From assembly GCA_965649765.1 (NCBI GenBank), contig OZ287756.1, positions 64,046,001 through 64,110,000 of the forward strand: a stretch of DNA of 64,000 bases, given 5' to 3'. Shown piece by piece: positions 62,740-64,000 of this stretch. Every line of letters begins with the position of its first letter. Within the stretch, counting starts at the first letter, position 1. Below the pieces are notes generated by a model. It was not told where the DNA came from and did not search any database. It saw only the letters and a program-made list of their open reading frames with translations. Origin of the DNA: Bispira polyomma (Eukaryota). The translations under genes were made by a program, and so were the position numbers.

Positions 62740-63990
62740 CTATCTCTCAGCTGCATTCCACGCTATTGATCATGTCCTGCTCTGTGACACTCTCAAGCAG
62801 TGGTTCGGTATAAATGGCAGTGTCCTTAAATGGATCAGATCCTACCTTACTCTTAGGGCACAAAGAATTAAGCTAGATGATCACCTATCATCTTCCATGA
62901 AGCTACCATATGGAGTACCCCAGGGTTCCGTCCTTGGCCCTCTACTTTTCACCCTTTATACACATCTTCTCAGGACTGTCATCAATAAACACAATATAAA
63001 ACACCACATGTATGCAGATGACACTCAAGTCTATCTCTCTCTCAATCCACAAAATGCAAATACTAATATAGACCTACTTGCAGACTGTCTGTCTGATGTC
63101 CAGGCGTGGATGAACTACTCCAAACTAAAGCTTAACCCTGAAAAAACAGAATTCATCCTCATAGGAAACAAGAAAAACAGTGAACTTTTAAAATCTTTGT
63201 TTCCCATCTCCTTGCTGGGAAAAGACATACTACCTTCCGAAAATGCTAAAAACCTGGGTTTCACTTTTGATTCAGCTTTTTCGTTCGATACTCATATTGC
63301 CAACATCTGTCGCTCCTGCTATTACCACATATGCGACATCAAAAGAATCAGAAACCATGTGTCCATGGACACAACTGTTGCAAATGCCCTTGTGAGCAGC
63401 CGCCTCAACTACTGCAATTCTCTGTTGTACGGAGCAAACAAGTCACACATTAAAAAGCTCCAGTCCATCCAAAGCTACCTATGTAGGGTCATTTTTCGCC
63501 TGGGTTGTCGCACAGATGTCACTCCTTATTTTAAAAAATTACACTGGCTGCCCATTAAATCTCGAATTTTGTTTAAGATTCACGTTACCACTTTTAAGGC
63601 TGTAGTCACTCAACAGCCACCCTACCTTGCCTCCCATTTTTTGTTCAGTAACCGCAAGAGAGGCAACAGACTCTTTGTCACTTTGGTCAGACCAATCAGA
63701 AAGGCGGGTTTCAGAGCGTTCTCCATTGCAACTCCACGGTTATGGAACAGTCTCCCAGTTGATCTCAGATCAGTTGACACACTTATCGGTTTTAGGAAAA
63801 ATCTTAAAACCTATCTTTTTAATCTTGCCTACCCACCTTAGCTTTCCTCGTGCACGCTCCCACTTCCTTCCTTACGACTTTGCAGTTTCCATGGACTTAA
63901 TGATTGGACTAATGATTCTGCTGTTGCTCTTTAGAAGATGCCTAGCATCAGTAAAGCGCGTTAAAAATCTAAAATAATAATAATAATATA
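62740..63990 (+). mobile_element. 5'-truncated L2/CR1-type LINE (RT C-terminal half open, 62897..63841)
   Basis: GVPQGSVLGP, MYADDTQVY, LHWLPI, LKTYLF, then 3' UTR and (AAT)n tail. Confidence 0.9.
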
Positions 63991-64000
63991 TTTAACATAA

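Overview
AT-rich eukaryotic (animal, probably lophotrochozoan invertebrate) genomic DNA that is mostly transposon relics around two tandem paralogous four-exon genes for Golgi type II carbohydrate sulfotransferases (Sulfotransfer_2, CHST8-14-like). Both genes can be spliced by hand into intact ORFs: gene 1 at 3417..23779 (363 aa) and gene 2 at 49352..53897 (359 aa). The mobile elements are: tyrosine-recombinase (DIRS/PAT/Ngaro-like) retrotransposons of three families, L1/Tx1 and L2/CR1-type LINEs, a Penelope GIY-YIG fragment, Harbinger relics, two MITEs and a tRNA-derived SINE. Three observations stand out. (1) A boundary-complete 7.0-kb L1/Tx1 element (16-bp TSD, poly(A), empty site in the paralogous intron) has an intact ORF1 ending in a complete NADAR (YbiA-like N-glycosidase / ADP-ribosyl-guanine hydrolase) domain. 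(2) A 9.3-kb insertion in intron 1 of gene 1 is an inverted, circularly permuted copy of 24496..31572 flanked by a 149-bp direct repeat, which suggests a circular DNA intermediate. (3) Two DIRS families carry PAM2-like motifs in the N-terminal extension of pol. Most short ORFs in the supplied track are antisense or intronic noise. All assignments come from motif recognition and by-eye alignment; no searches were run.
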